Source: a virus
Virus record (IMG/VR): IMGVR_UViG_3300043775_002552
Span: 4,604 to 68,603 of that record
DNA: 64,000 nucleotides
Strand: one strand, 5' to 3'
Part shown: piece by piece, positions 17,888-28,700 of the stretch
How positions within the stretch are numbered: the first letter of the stretch is position 1
Layout: the number at the start of each line of letters is the position of its first letter
Notes under the pieces: generated by a model
Database searches by the model: none
What the model was told of the DNA's origin: nothing
The model's input: only the letters and a program-made list of their open reading frames with translations
Program-made: the position numbers and the translations under genes

Positions 17888-20800
17888 ATGGCATCAAGTA
17901 ACAAAGTATTCGTTTCACCTGGAGTATACACTTCAGAGAGAGATTTAACATTTGTGGCACAAAGTGTAGGGGTTACAACATTAGGCATTGTTGGAGAAAC
18001 TCTACAAGGACCGGCTTTCGAACCAATATTCATCAGAAACTTTGATGAATTCCAAGTTTATTTCGGGGGTACAAGTCCTGAGAAATTTGTTAACACTCAA
18101 ATCCCAAAATATGAAGCAGCGTACATCGCTAAATCATATTTATCACAATCAAACCAATTATTCGTAACAAGAGTATTGGGCCTTTCAGGTTATGATGCGG
18201 GTCCATCATGGTCAATTAAAACCATAGGGAATATTGACCCAGCAACTTTAGGGGCAACAGGTAATACTGGTCCTGTGTATTTAAATTTTACAGGAACAAC
18301 AGGTAATAGTGGTAATGTTACAATAACTACGGTTCCTACTGCGTTATCATCAGTGTTTTATCAAACATATGAAACTAACACTAACACAACATCGTCAATT
18401 GATTATGACTTTAAAGTTGCGATTTCAGAACAACTTAATTTGGTTGCAACATCTGCATCAACTTCAGCTACAACCTCTTATTTTTGGGGTTCAGTTAGTG
18501 GAGGAACTTTATCAGATATTACAGGAGATTCTTTAAATACTGTTACTACTTTGTCAAATGTTTTAAGTGTTGATAATGTTAATTTAACAAATGCAGATTT
18601 GTCATCATACAAAAATGATGCATGGTACTACTCATTATTTAACTACGCATCAGGAGATTATTCAGGTTTTGGTTTTGGAGCATCTTTATCATCAATATCA
18701 GCTATAACGGCATCTGTTTATTCAGGTTCAATGGCTGTTTATTTAACAAATTATTCAGGTACCTCATACTCTGAATACGATAATTTAGTGGTTGCCACCC
18801 TTAGATCGAGAGGTATTTCACAATATACTAGTTCTCAAAAAGGACCGGCTTATGAAGTAACGGGAACTTCTGATGTTGTTTTAGTAACTAATGGTGTTTA
18901 TTCAGGAGTTTCCGAAAACCCACTTTCAACATTTGTGGTATCTGGGGTTTCTGCTGATGGAGACACATTTAATTTTGAAACAAGCCTTCAATCAACTGAT
19001 GTAAATTCATTAACAAATGTATTTGGAAGATCTAACTTTGGAAAAGATAGAGAAGAAGTTCCGTTATTTGTTGAAGAATGTTACTACTCTTTATTACTAA
19101 CAGGTTATAGAAATGGTAAAATTAGAGGTATAAATAATAGTTTAGTATCATTGCCGGGAGCAAGGTCTTTAGACGGTGATACTTTAGGTTTTTATCTTGA
19201 ACAATATCAAACACCAGAAACACCTTATGTTGTATCTGAATTAAGAGGTAATAAAACTTACAATTTATTTAAGTTTAAACTTATTTCTGATGGTAATGCA
19301 GCTAACAGATTGGTTAAAATTTCAATTGCTAACATGTCATTCAATAATGGAACATTTGATGTGTTCATTAGAGATTATTTTGATACAGATAGAAATGTTG
19401 TTGTTCTTGAAAGTTTTACAAATTGTTCAATGGATCCAACATTAAACAATTATGTGGCAAATAAAATAGGTACATCTAATGGTGAATTTGCACTTAAATC
19501 TAAATTTATAATGTTAGATATGAGTGAAGATGCTCCGGCAGACGCACTACCTTGTGGATTTGAGGGGTACATATCAAGAGAATATGAAAATGACACACCT
19601 CCGTTTGTGGTTTACAAAACTAAATATTTAAAGGCTGGTGATGTGATTTATAACCCACCGTTCGGAGCATCTTCAGGGGGAGACAATACGGTTATCTCAA
19701 GTGGAGAAAATCCAAGATTTGCATATTTAGGTATTTCAAACATCACGGGTTATGACTCTGATTTCTTCCAATATAAAGGTAAACAATTACCTGCTAATCT
19801 TGGAACCGATACTGTAGGAATAGATTGGGGTTATGTTACTAAAGGTTTCCACCTTGATAGTGGGGCGACTGTTGTGACAATTATTTCAGGTCCGACATCA
19901 GGACAATCGGCTTATGAAGTAGGTGTTGGGTCATTTAGAACCGAACCATCGGAAACTGACGATCCTTATTACAAACTTAACACTCGTAAATTTACATTAC
20001 TAGCTTACGGAGGGTTTGATGGATGGGATATTTATAGAGAATATAGAACTAACGATGACAGATTTATCTTAGGTGCTAGTGGTTTTAAGAATGGAGCTGA
20101 AGCGTCGATCACTTATCCTACAGCATCAGGATGGGGAGCGTTTAAACAAATTTCAGGACCTAACCAAGAAGTTTGGGCTAATACTGACTACTACGCTTAC
20201 CTTTTTGGACAAAAAACATTGGCTAATCCTGAGGCAGTTAACATTAACGTATTTGTTACTCCTGGTATTGACTACGTAAATAACTCAAACCTTGTGGAAG
20301 AAGCGGTTACTATGATTGAAACTGATAGAGCTGATTCAATTTACATCTGTACTACACCTGACTTTGATTTATTCTCACCAACTTTAGATCCGGTATTAAC
20401 TAACACAATCTACCCTCAAGAGGCTGTAGATAATTTAGAAGCAACAGGTTTAGATTCTAACTACACCGCAACTTACTATCCTTGGGTACTTACAAGAGAT
20501 AGTGTAAATAATACTCAAATCTACTTACCGGCAACGGCTGAAGTGACAAGAAACTTAGCGTTAACTGACAACATCGCATTCCCTTGGTTCGCATCAGCGG
20601 GTTACACAAGAGGTATTGTGAATTCAATTAAAGCACGTAAAACTTTAACTCAAGAAGATAGAGACACCCTTTACAAAGGAAGAATCAATCCAATTGCGAC
20701 TTTTAACGATGTGGGTACAGTAATTTGGGGTAACAAAACTCTTCAAGTTAGACAATCGGCACTTGATAGAATCAATGTTAGAAGATTGTTGTTACAAGCT

Positions 20801-21076
20801 CGTAAATTGATTTCAGCAGTTGCAGTTAGATTATTGTTTGAACAAAACGACAATAAAGTAAGACAAGATTTCTTGGATTCAGTTAACCCAATCTTAGATT
20901 CAATCAGAAGAGATAGAGGTTTAATTGATTTCCGTGTGACAGTTTCAAACACACCTGAGGATCTTGACTCAAACACTCTTACAGGTAAAATATTCTTGAA
21001 ACCGACAAGAGCACTTGAATTTATTGACATAGAGTTCATCATTACTCCAACAGGGGCATCGTTTGATAACATCTAA
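17888..21076 (+). CDS. Contractile tail sheath protein
   Basis: FVSPGVYTSERD N-terminus, PWFASAGYTRG, LYKGRINPI, IWGNKTL, RINVRRLL, LFEQND and IFLKPTRALEFIDIEF. Confidence 0.96.
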   Translation: MASSNKVFVSPGVYTSERDLTFVAQSVGVTTLGIVGETLQGPAFEPIFIRNFDEFQVYFGGTSPEKFVNTQIPKYEAAYIAKSYLSQSNQLFVTRVLGLSGYDAGPSWSIKTIGNIDPATLGATGNTGPVYLNFTGTTGNSGNVTITTVPTALSSVFYQTYETNTNTTSSIDYDFKVAISEQLNLVATSASTSATTSYFWGSVSGGTLSDITGDSLNTVTTLSNVLSVDNVNLTNADLSSYKNDAWYYSLFNYASGDYSGFGFGASLSSISAITASVYSGSMAVYLTNYSGTSYSEYDNLVVATLRSRGISQYTSSQKGPAYEVTGTSDVVLVTNGVYSGVSENPLSTFVVSGVSADGDTFNFETSLQSTDVNSLTNVFGRSNFGKDREEVPLFVEECYYSLLLTGYRNGKIRGINNSLVSLPGARSLDGDTLGFYLEQYQTPETPYVVSELRGNKTYNLFKFKLISDGNAANRLVKISIANMSFNNGTFDVFIRDYFDTDRNVVVLESFTNCSMDPTLNNYVANKIGTSNGEFALKSKFIMLDMSEDAPADALPCGFEGYISREYENDTPPFVVYKTKYLKAGDVIYNPPFGASSGGDNTVISSGENPRFAYLGISNITGYDSDFFQYKGKQLPANLGTDTVGIDWGYVTKGFHLDSGATVVTIISGPTSGQSAYEVGVGSFRTEPSETDDPYYKLNTRKFTLLAYGGFDGWDIYREYRTNDDRFILGASGFKNGAEASITYPTASGWGAFKQISGPNQEVWANTDYYAYLFGQKTLANPEAVNINVFVTPGIDYVNNSNLVEEAVTMIETDRADSIYICTTPDFDLFSPTLDPVLTNTIYPQEAVDNLEATGLDSNYTATYYPWVLTRDSVNNTQIYLPATAEVTRNLALTDNIAFPWFASAGYTRGIVNSIKARKTLTQEDRDTLYKGRINPIATFNDVGTVIWGNKTLQVRQSALDRINVRRLLLQARKLISAVAVRLLFEQNDNKVRQDFLDSVNPILDSIRRDRGLIDFRVTVSNTPEDLDSNTLTGKIFLKPTRALEFIDIEFIITPTGASFDNI

Positions 21077-21086
21077 TAATAAAAAT

Positions 21087-21112
21087 GTGGGGGTAGGAAA
21101 CTATCCCCACTT
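21087..21112 (+). terminator. Hairpin terminator after sheath gene
   Basis: GTGGGGGTAG-GAAA-CTATCCCCAC followed by a T-rich tract that includes a TATTTATA at 21114-21121. Confidence 0.7.
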
Positions 21113-21132
21113 ATATTTATAAAATAAAAGTT

Positions 21133-21270
21133 ATGAAAATTACAAAAAAATTAATTAAAGAATCTTTGGGTTATAAAAATGAGGGTAAAAAATCATACTC
21201 TGAAAAAAAACAAAACATTATTATAACTGAAAAACAACTTGAAAAACTTTTAGAATATTATAAGAAATAA
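21133..21270 (+). CDS. 45-aa basic hypothetical protein (not in ORF track)
   Basis: MKITKKLIKESLGYKNEGKKSYSEKKQNIIITEKQLEKLLEYYKK. Fills the gap, follows a TATTTATA and stops 2 nt before the next ATG. Confidence 0.7.
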   Translation: MKITKKLIKESLGYKNEGKKSYSEKKQNIIITEKQLEKLLEYYKK

Positions 21271-21272
21271 TT

Positions 21273-22139
21273 ATGAATTTAAAAAGACTAATTAGAAACG
21301 AAGTATTCAAGATTGTTAAAGAAGGTATTTCTGAAGAAGGAGTTCCTGATTTAAAATATTATGCTTTTGACTGGGACGACAATATTTTATTTATGCCGAC
21401 AACAATTATTGTTTTAGACGATAATGATGATGAGGTAAAAATGAGTACAGAAGATTTTGCTGAATATAGAGGTCAAATCGGTAATGAAAATTTTGAATAT
21501 AAAGGTAAAACTATTGTTGGTTACGCAAATAATCCTTATCGTAATTTTACAGTAGAGGGTGATAAAAACTTTTTAACTGATTGTATGTTAGCAAAAACAG
21601 GTCCGTCTTGGGGAGATTTTGTCGAATGTATAAACGGAGGATCAATTTTTGCAATAATTACAGCAAGAGGACATTCTCCCGAAGTGATGAAAGAAGCAAC
21701 ATATAATCTCATTATAAGCAATCATCAAGGAATTGATTCAAAAAGATGTGTTGAAAACTTAAAAAAATATATTGAACTTATAATGGATCAAGACGCAAGT
21801 GGTCTTTCAGATAAGGAAGTGATAGATGACTATTTAGAACTTTGTTATTTTGCTCCTGTTACAAATCCTGGTTTTGGAGGCGGTTCAGCATCAAATCCCG
21901 AAGAAGGGAAAATAATCGCTTTAAGATCGTTCATTTCGTATTGTAAAGAACTTTCAAATGAGATTGGAGTAAAAGGATTATTCAAAAATGATATGTTAAA
22001 TAAAGAACCAAAAATTGGGTTTTCAGACGATGACCCAAGAAACATAGAAAAGATATCGGGGTTTTTAGAAAAAGAATATCCAGAAAAACCAGTAGATATA
22101 TATTTAACTAAAGGAGGAGAAAAAAGAAAAGTTAATTAA
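21273..22139 (+). CDS. HAD-superfamily hydrolase
   Basis: Motif I AFDWDDNI, motif II IITARG, motif III K (EEGK), motif IV GFSDDD. Confidence 0.75.
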   Translation: MNLKRLIRNEVFKIVKEGISEEGVPDLKYYAFDWDDNILFMPTTIIVLDDNDDEVKMSTEDFAEYRGQIGNENFEYKGKTIVGYANNPYRNFTVEGDKNFLTDCMLAKTGPSWGDFVECINGGSIFAIITARGHSPEVMKEATYNLIISNHQGIDSKRCVENLKKYIELIMDQDASGLSDKEVIDDYLELCYFAPVTNPGFGGGSASNPEEGKIIALRSFISYCKELSNEIGVKGLFKNDMLNKEPKIGFSDDDPRNIEKISGFLEKEYPEKPVDIYLTKGGEKRKVN

Positions 22140-22218
22140 TATAATTATTTTCTAGTTTATATATAATATATAATTTTTAAAAACTAGAAAGTAAATAGAA
22201 AAAAATTAAACGAACTAA

Positions 22219-22226
22219 TATTTATA
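22219..22226 (+). promoter_or_regulatory. TATTTATA putative late promoter
   Basis: Upstream of the tail tube gene. Confidence 0.55.
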
Positions 22227-22257
22227 AATAAAATAAAATTTTTTAAAACAAATAGAC

Positions 22258-22746
22258 ATGGCTGACTTATTAATGAAAATGCCTTTACAGTACGAACCTA
22301 AAAGACAAAACAGGTTTATACTTTCTTTCCCAAATTCACTTGGGATTAACTCTTGGTATGTTGAATCAACTACTAGGCCTAAAATTAAAATCGCTGAAGT
22401 TCCAATTCCATTTTTAAATACTGAAACTTATGTTGCTGGCAAATTCAATTGGGAGCCAATGGATGTTACTTTCCGTGATCCAATTGGTCCTTCTGCGTCT
22501 CAAGCACTTATGGAATGGGTTCGTTTACATGCTGAATCTGTTACAGGTCGTATGGGTTATGCTGCAGGATACAAAAAAGACCTCACACTTGAAATGTTAG
22601 ACCCAACAGGTGTGGCCGTTGAAAAGTGGTTACTTATTGGTACATTTTTAACTGGTGTTGATTTTGACTCTTTAAGTTATGACTCAGATAAGTTAGTTAC
22701 CGTTAAGGCAACACTTAGACCTGATAGATGTATTTTGGTATACTAA
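22258..22746 (+). CDS. Tail tube protein (T4 gp19-like)
   Basis: YEPKRQNRF, YVAGK..W..M.VTF.D, EW, YKKD.TL.MLDP.G..VEKW.L.G.F. Size 162 aa. Confidence 0.9.
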   Translation: MADLLMKMPLQYEPKRQNRFILSFPNSLGINSWYVESTTRPKIKIAEVPIPFLNTETYVAGKFNWEPMDVTFRDPIGPSASQALMEWVRLHAESVTGRMGYAAGYKKDLTLEMLDPTGVAVEKWLLIGTFLTGVDFDSLSYDSDKLVTVKATLRPDRCILVY

Positions 22747-22768
22747 AATAAAATTAAATATTCAAGAG

Positions 22769-22795
22769 AATCCTACAGAAATGTGGGATTTTTTT
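22769..22795 (+). terminator. Intrinsic terminator
   Basis: AATCCTACA-GAAA-TGTGGGATT followed by a T-tract. Confidence 0.85.
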
Positions 22796-22837
22796 ATTTA
22801 CATACCTTTTAATTAAATTATTTTTAAAATAAAAACT

Positions 22838-23590
22838 ATGAGCGACGCAGCAATTTATGGACAAGAAATGTTTTCATTACCACATGATGTGGTGGTATTA
22901 CCATCAAAAGGTAAGTTTTATACACAAAAAAAAGAATCAATAAAAGTTGGTTATTTAACAGCGCAAGATGAAAATATACTCCTTTCACCTAACCAAACAA
23001 AAGACGGACTTATTAATACTCTTTTAAGAAATAAAATTTATGAACCGGGTTTTGACATAAACCAACTTATTGATGTTGACGTACAAGCAGTACTTATATT
23101 TTTAAGAAACACATCTTTTGGTCCTGAATATAATTTTAAAATAAAAGATCCCTCAACAGGAAGAGATTTTGAACAAGTTATTTTGTTAGAACAATTAAGT
23201 TATGTGGAACCTGAAATTGAACCTACCGAAGACGGACTTTTTACTTTTTCACTACCAAAAAGTAATGTACAAGTAAAATGTAAAATTTTAAATTTAGGGG
23301 ACCAAAAAGAGTTGGATAAATTAAAAGACTTTTATCCTCCAAATATGACAATTCCTGTTGTTACAAAAAAATTAGAAAAACAAATTGTAGAATTGGATGG
23401 TAGTAGAGATAGAGAAAAAATAGCACAGTTCATATCACAAATGCCAATTGCAGATTCAAAACACATAAGAAACACCCTTACTAAATGTGAGCCAAGATTA
23501 GATTTAGAAAGAACAATTATAGCCCCGTCAGGAGAAAAGGTAACTATTGATGTTTCCTTTGGGGCTGAATTTTTTCGTCCTTTCTTTTGA
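22838..23590 (+). CDS. Baseplate hub/tail assembly chaperone (T4 gp26-like)
   Basis: V.LPSKG.FY, LTAQDENIL, D..A.LIFLR..SFG.EY, LPKS, and C-terminal FFRP. Confidence 0.75.
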   Translation: MSDAAIYGQEMFSLPHDVVVLPSKGKFYTQKKESIKVGYLTAQDENILLSPNQTKDGLINTLLRNKIYEPGFDINQLIDVDVQAVLIFLRNTSFGPEYNFKIKDPSTGRDFEQVILLEQLSYVEPEIEPTEDGLFTFSLPKSNVQVKCKILNLGDQKELDKLKDFYPPNMTIPVVTKKLEKQIVELDGSRDREKIAQFISQMPIADSKHIRNTLTKCEPRLDLERTIIAPSGEKVTIDVSFGAEFFRPFF

Positions 23591-23729
23591 GTATAAGAAA
23601 ATACTTTTGGACGAAATTTATTATTTATCAAAATATGCGAATTTTTCATATTCCGATATTTTGAATATACCAACCTACGAAAGAAAATACTTTGTTGATA
23701 AGCTTGTTGAAGAGTTTTCCAAAAAATAA
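23586..23729 (+). CDS. Second chaperone ORF (T4 gp51-like), probably reached by +1 frameshift or from TTG 23607
   Basis: FEYKKILLDEIYYLSKYANFSYSDILNIPTYERKYFVDKL matches the 'FS..D...MP..ER' pattern. It is in the +1 frame relative to the upstream ORF and has no ATG near its coding-like part. Confidence 0.7.
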   Translation, partial: FEYKKILLDEIYYLSKYANFSYSDILNIPTYERKYFVDKLVEEFSKK

Positions 23730-23739
23730 GGTTTCATTC

Positions 23740-23747
23740 TATTTATA
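23740..23747 (+). promoter_or_regulatory. TATTTATA putative late promoter
   Basis: Upstream of the tape measure gene. Confidence 0.55.
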
Positions 23748-23763
23748 AAATAAAATAATTATT

Positions 23764-25737
23764 ATGATGTTTTTACAATCAACACCGTCCTCTGCCGGTT
23801 TTGGAACCGATGAAACTGGTGAAAATTTAGGTCTTTCACAATGGGTTACAGACACAAAAGAGGCTATAAAAGATGCCTTTAGTATTGATCGTTTTGTAAC
23901 CTTTTTTTCTAAACTTGAAGATACTGCGATTAAAACTAACAGAACTGTTTCTGCAGGATTTAAAGATTACGGGGTACAAATGGAAAAATCAATGTACAAC
24001 GTTTTTATTGCTACCCAAAGTATTGGAGGTGAAATAACAGATACTAGTGATTATTTATCTTCTTTAGCTGCTACAATGGGAACTTTACCGTCAATTCAAG
24101 AAGATGTTATTACAAATGCAATTTCATTTTCAAAATTAAGTGGGATGGCATTGAAAGATGTTGCTCAGTATGTTGGAGAATATACCCATATTGGTTTAGG
24201 TCAAAAAGATGCATTAGATAGATTAAATAAAATTTATACAAATGCGAAAAAATTCGGAGTGGACGCTAATAAATTAACTAAATCGGTAAATGAGAATTTA
24301 TTAAAATCAAATTCTTACGGATTCAAAGGGGGTGTTGAAGGTCTTACTAAAATGGCAATTCAGGCACAAAAATTAGGAATGTCTATGAGTAGTGTATTTC
24401 AAATTGCTGATAAGGCCTTAGACCCTGAAAAGGCGATTGAAATGGCAGCAGAAATGCAAATGTTAGGTGGTAACGTTGGGGCGTTGGCGGACCCATTTAG
24501 GTTAATGTATTTAGCGCAAAACGATGTAAAAGGATTACAAGATGAATTTGTAAAGGCCGCTGAATCATCTGCAATATTTAACGAACAAACGGGGGAGTTT
24601 CAAATAACGGGGGAACAAATGAGAAGGTTAAGGGCACAGGCAGAACAACTTGGTGTTTCTTATGATGAAATTGCGGAAACGGCGATAAGAGCAAAAAAGG
24701 AACAAATGGTGATGTCAAAAGTACCGATGAATTTAAAAGTATCTGACGAAACAAAAGGAATAATTTCAAGCTTAGCCGAAATTAAAGGAGGTAAAGTACA
24801 AATTCAAATACCGGGAACTCAAAATATGGTTGATGTTGCAAACCTTACTCAAAATCAAATAAAAGAGATTGAGCAGATGGGTGTTGATGCAAAAACTGCC
24901 GAAACAAAAGGGGCTACGGACCTATTAGGTACTGCAAGGGCACAATTATCAGCGGCAGAAAAGCAAACAGTTGCAATGAATCAGATGAGAGACGCTGTGG
25001 TGACAATGACAGGAGCGTTTACCACTGGAAAAAATATTTTAGATTATGCTGCTAGTTTAGCTAAGGCTGCCGGTGGTAAAGGTAACGACGAAGGTGTTGG
25101 TGTTATACAAGATGAAGCTAATAAATTAGGTGTGTTGGGTAAATTAGATACAGGGCTGGCAAATACTGTCGCAGGAATGAAACAATATATTGCAGACCCT
25201 ATGGAGGGGTTACGTAAAGACCTTAATAAATTGAGTCAAAGTATGAGTGGGAAATCAAACACGGACTTTAAAATTCATGATGCTACTTTTCCTTCGGGAG
25301 GAGCTCCTACTGTTATGTCAGAAGGTAAAGTGTATAAAGGTATTGTTGGGGATCAAGTGATTGTTGGTACTGAATTAGATAAAGCGTTTAAAATTTCACA
25401 AGAACAAATGCAAAAGGCTAAAGATATCGCAAACGCTCTTGGAACTAATTTGGAATATATGGGAAATCCATTTTCTATGATGGCAAATGCTACCGTACAA
25501 AATAAAATGGGATCTCCGACATCAAAACTTCAAGAAATGTCAACAACAACAAATAACAATATTAATATAAGTGGAGGTGCAAATGTAAGCGGATCGGTTG
25601 AAGTTAAAGTTAATGGAAGTGGAATAAATATGGACGACCCAAAACTATCATCTTTGATTACCGCAAAAGTTTCGGCAATGATTGAAGAAAGATTAAGTAA
25701 AGGTTGGAATCAAAAACAAGGTAACGTTGTATCTTAA
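23764..25737 (+). CDS. Tape measure-like protein
   Basis: A/G/M/Q-rich, predicted helical, positioned after the tube and chaperone genes. Confidence 0.7.
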   Translation: MMFLQSTPSSAGFGTDETGENLGLSQWVTDTKEAIKDAFSIDRFVTFFSKLEDTAIKTNRTVSAGFKDYGVQMEKSMYNVFIATQSIGGEITDTSDYLSSLAATMGTLPSIQEDVITNAISFSKLSGMALKDVAQYVGEYTHIGLGQKDALDRLNKIYTNAKKFGVDANKLTKSVNENLLKSNSYGFKGGVEGLTKMAIQAQKLGMSMSSVFQIADKALDPEKAIEMAAEMQMLGGNVGALADPFRLMYLAQNDVKGLQDEFVKAAESSAIFNEQTGEFQITGEQMRRLRAQAEQLGVSYDEIAETAIRAKKEQMVMSKVPMNLKVSDETKGIISSLAEIKGGKVQIQIPGTQNMVDVANLTQNQIKEIEQMGVDAKTAETKGATDLLGTARAQLSAAEKQTVAMNQMRDAVVTMTGAFTTGKNILDYAASLAKAAGGKGNDEGVGVIQDEANKLGVLGKLDTGLANTVAGMKQYIADPMEGLRKDLNKLSQSMSGKSNTDFKIHDATFPSGGAPTVMSEGKVYKGIVGDQVIVGTELDKAFKISQEQMQKAKDIANALGTNLEYMGNPFSMMANATVQNKMGSPTSKLQEMSTTTNNNINISGGANVSGSVEVKVNGSGINMDDPKLSSLITAKVSAMIEERLSKGWNQKQGNVVS

Positions 25738-25758
25738 TAAAAAAAACCTAAAACCCGC

Positions 25759-25766
25759 TATTTATA
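25759..25766 (+). promoter_or_regulatory. TATTTATA putative late promoter
   Basis: Upstream of the 1996-aa gene. Confidence 0.55.
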
Positions 25767-25783
25767 TAAAAAATATAAATTGA

Positions 25784-28700
25784 ATGGAAAGCCCATTATC
25801 GTTTGACTCGTCAGAGAATTTTAGAAAAAAATTATTAGTAAGAAATCTTAAACCTTACAGTGTAGATCAATCTTTTAATTCTTCTGATGTACCTGGAATT
25901 AGTGACATTACACTAATTGATTATTCAGTTATTGATTCACCATCAATAGATGAAATAGGTCAAAAACAAGAAGGCATACTTTATGTACAAAATCAATATG
26001 CACCAAATGATCAAAAAGAACTTTATGGGAATGTTGTAAACATCAACTTAAATCAAAATACAAAATCTAATGATGGAATATATGATTTTTCTAAAACAAT
26101 AGGAAGTCAGTTAGAAACAAGAGGTAATAGTCAAGAAATGTTACTTTATGTTAATAATTTATATGGACCAAATGGTGACGATAAATTTGGTAATACAGTT
26201 AACATAAATGAAAATTTACAAACAAATGGTAATTTAGGTGAGTACAATTTAAATTTTACAAACCAAAGTAAATTAGAACTTTTTGGAAATCAACAAGAAA
26301 TATTTTTATATACCAATAATATTTATGGTCCACAAAATAATAATAGTTATGGAGAAACCGTAGATATAAATCAAAATTTACAATTAACAACTAATGTCGG
26401 TGAATATGATTTTACTGATAGTATTGGAAGTAAATTAGAATCAATTGGTAATTTTCAAGAACAAGTATTATATACAAATAACATTTATGGTCCTTCAGAT
26501 AACACAAGTTATGGTGACTCAGTAAATATTAATCAAAACAAACAATTTACGGCGAATGTTGGTGAATACGGACCTACAACAGGTACCAATCCAAAAACAA
26601 CAGATCAATCAAGAAATGATTCATATGTTTTAAACGAATATGGTCCTGAAGATAATGATGGTTATGGTACTGACATAAACCCAGTCATTGAATCAAACCT
26701 ACAAACAACTTCAAATAGAGGTTTTTATGATAGTAATATTGGTTTATATGGTGATGATTTATCTTTAACTTTAACGCCAACACCAAAAACACCAAGTCAA
26801 TATAGAGATGACCTTTACGTAGTAAACGAATATGGTCCTGACAATATTGATGGTTATGGTTTTGATGTAAATCCAAGATTTGGTGCAAACCTACAAACAA
26901 CATCAAATCAAGGACCATATAATGAAGGTGCTAGTTCAGGTCCCGAATTAACTAGTGACCAATCAAGAACATTTGCATATGTTAAAAATGAGTATGGACC
27001 AGAATCTGACAATGGATACGGGGATCAAATAAATTCAATCATTGACACCAATTTACAAACAACATCAAATCAAGGAGAATATGATTATGTTTTATCACCT
27101 TTACCTTTAACTTCTACACAATCACAAGCAGAAGCATATGGTGATAACAAATATGTTAATGGTGATGGTAGTTATGAAGAAGTGACCATTTCAGATTTAA
27201 CTGAAATTATTGAAAGAACATTCTTACCATATGCTGAAAGTGAAACAACATTCATTTTTGTCCCTTCCATTTACACTCCTTTTGAAATATTAGAAAAACA
27301 AAACCCACAAGGAAGTGATGGATCGTTGTCACAAGATTCAAGTTTGGCACAATTAGGTGCTGAAAGATTACAAAAAGAATTTAAAGCAAGAGTTGCGTTA
27401 GAACTATTACAACAAACAGTAAATAGAGTTAATGCGTTTGATACGTCAATTAATACCGATACAGGAAATGTGTCTGTAAAACCAAATACTGATCCATTTA
27501 ACGTGATTGGTATTGTTTCTGGAAATATTCCATTACTTGCAAGAGATTTTACAGTAACAAGACCTGATTTATTTTTAGGTCAGGGTATTAACTTCGCAGC
27601 TAAATTGGCGGGTCTTTATTCTCCATATTCTTACATTCCGGGAGAATATTTTGATTACCCTAAAAAAAGATTGGTAAATCAAGCACTTGAAAATCCTATT
27701 GGTGCCGCAACACAGGCAATAGCTGGATTAGTAAATAAAGTTACAAGTTTAAATATTGAAAATGGTTCTGAATTGTTTTTGGCAAATACGTCACAGGCGA
27801 CAAGTGATTTATTATTTGAACAACTATCATATAACCCGTATAGACCAGATTATAGAGGTAATTCATTAAGAGATCCTAATTTATTGGCACCAAAACCAAT
27901 ATATTATATTGGTGATAGAAAATCACTTCTTAAAAGTATAACACCAATAAATCAACAACCTGAAAACAGATTTGGAGATATTACTGATGCTGCGGTTTTT
28001 GGACACGGAGGGTTAGGTACTGATTATGAAACTTATAAAGAAAGAAGTGTTGGTAAAAACTTTTTATTTGGTTTAAATTCAAGAGGTTATTATGATGGGG
28101 CAAATAACCCAAATGGTACGGATGCCGGAACTATATATGGTGGGTTTACTTGGGGTTCGTCAGATAGTGGTACGATTGGTAAAAAAATAGGATATAACAA
28201 CGAGGTTTATGGAGAGGCAGGTCAAGATGAGGTTTTACTTTCAGGTCTTAGAGGAACTTTAGCTGGTGATTACGGTAGTTTTAGACCCGACTCAATATTA
28301 GACGTTACAAATAAATTAGTTTTAAAATCCGAAGAAGCGAGCGGTCTTTACAAACAAAGACACGTAGGTAATGCTATTAGTCAAGTAAGTAAAGTTTTTA
28401 ATGACGGAAATATAGAATTAACAAAAGGATCAAGAGTTATTAGATATTCAACACCTACTTCAAAAAATAGTGAAAACGCAAATGATGTTGTTGGGTATGA
28501 GTATTGTCGAGTATTTACAAAAGATAACCCATATTACCTATATAGTAATTTACAAAAAACGGCAAAAAATATTAGAGGATTTGACAATTCAGTTTTAACT
28601 AACACATATAATTTAAATATTGCACCGACTTCCGACTTTAATTCATCAACGATTGATTATGCCAATAGAAAAGTAAAAAAGTATATGTTTTCACTTGAAA

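Noticed and set aside
22797-22824. TTTACA-16-TATTTT possible promoter before the gp26-like gene
   Set aside because: Weak match in very AT-rich DNA and not distinguishable from chance.
23547-23585. Track start of the 23547..23729 ORF
   Set aside because: Lies inside the conserved end of the upstream gene. A frameshift or a downstream TTG explains it better.
25979-27160. CRISPR array or DGR template/variable repeats
   Set aside because: Repeats are degenerate, in-frame protein repeats. No identical DNA repeats with spacers, no adenine-specific mismatch pair and no reverse transcriptase seen.
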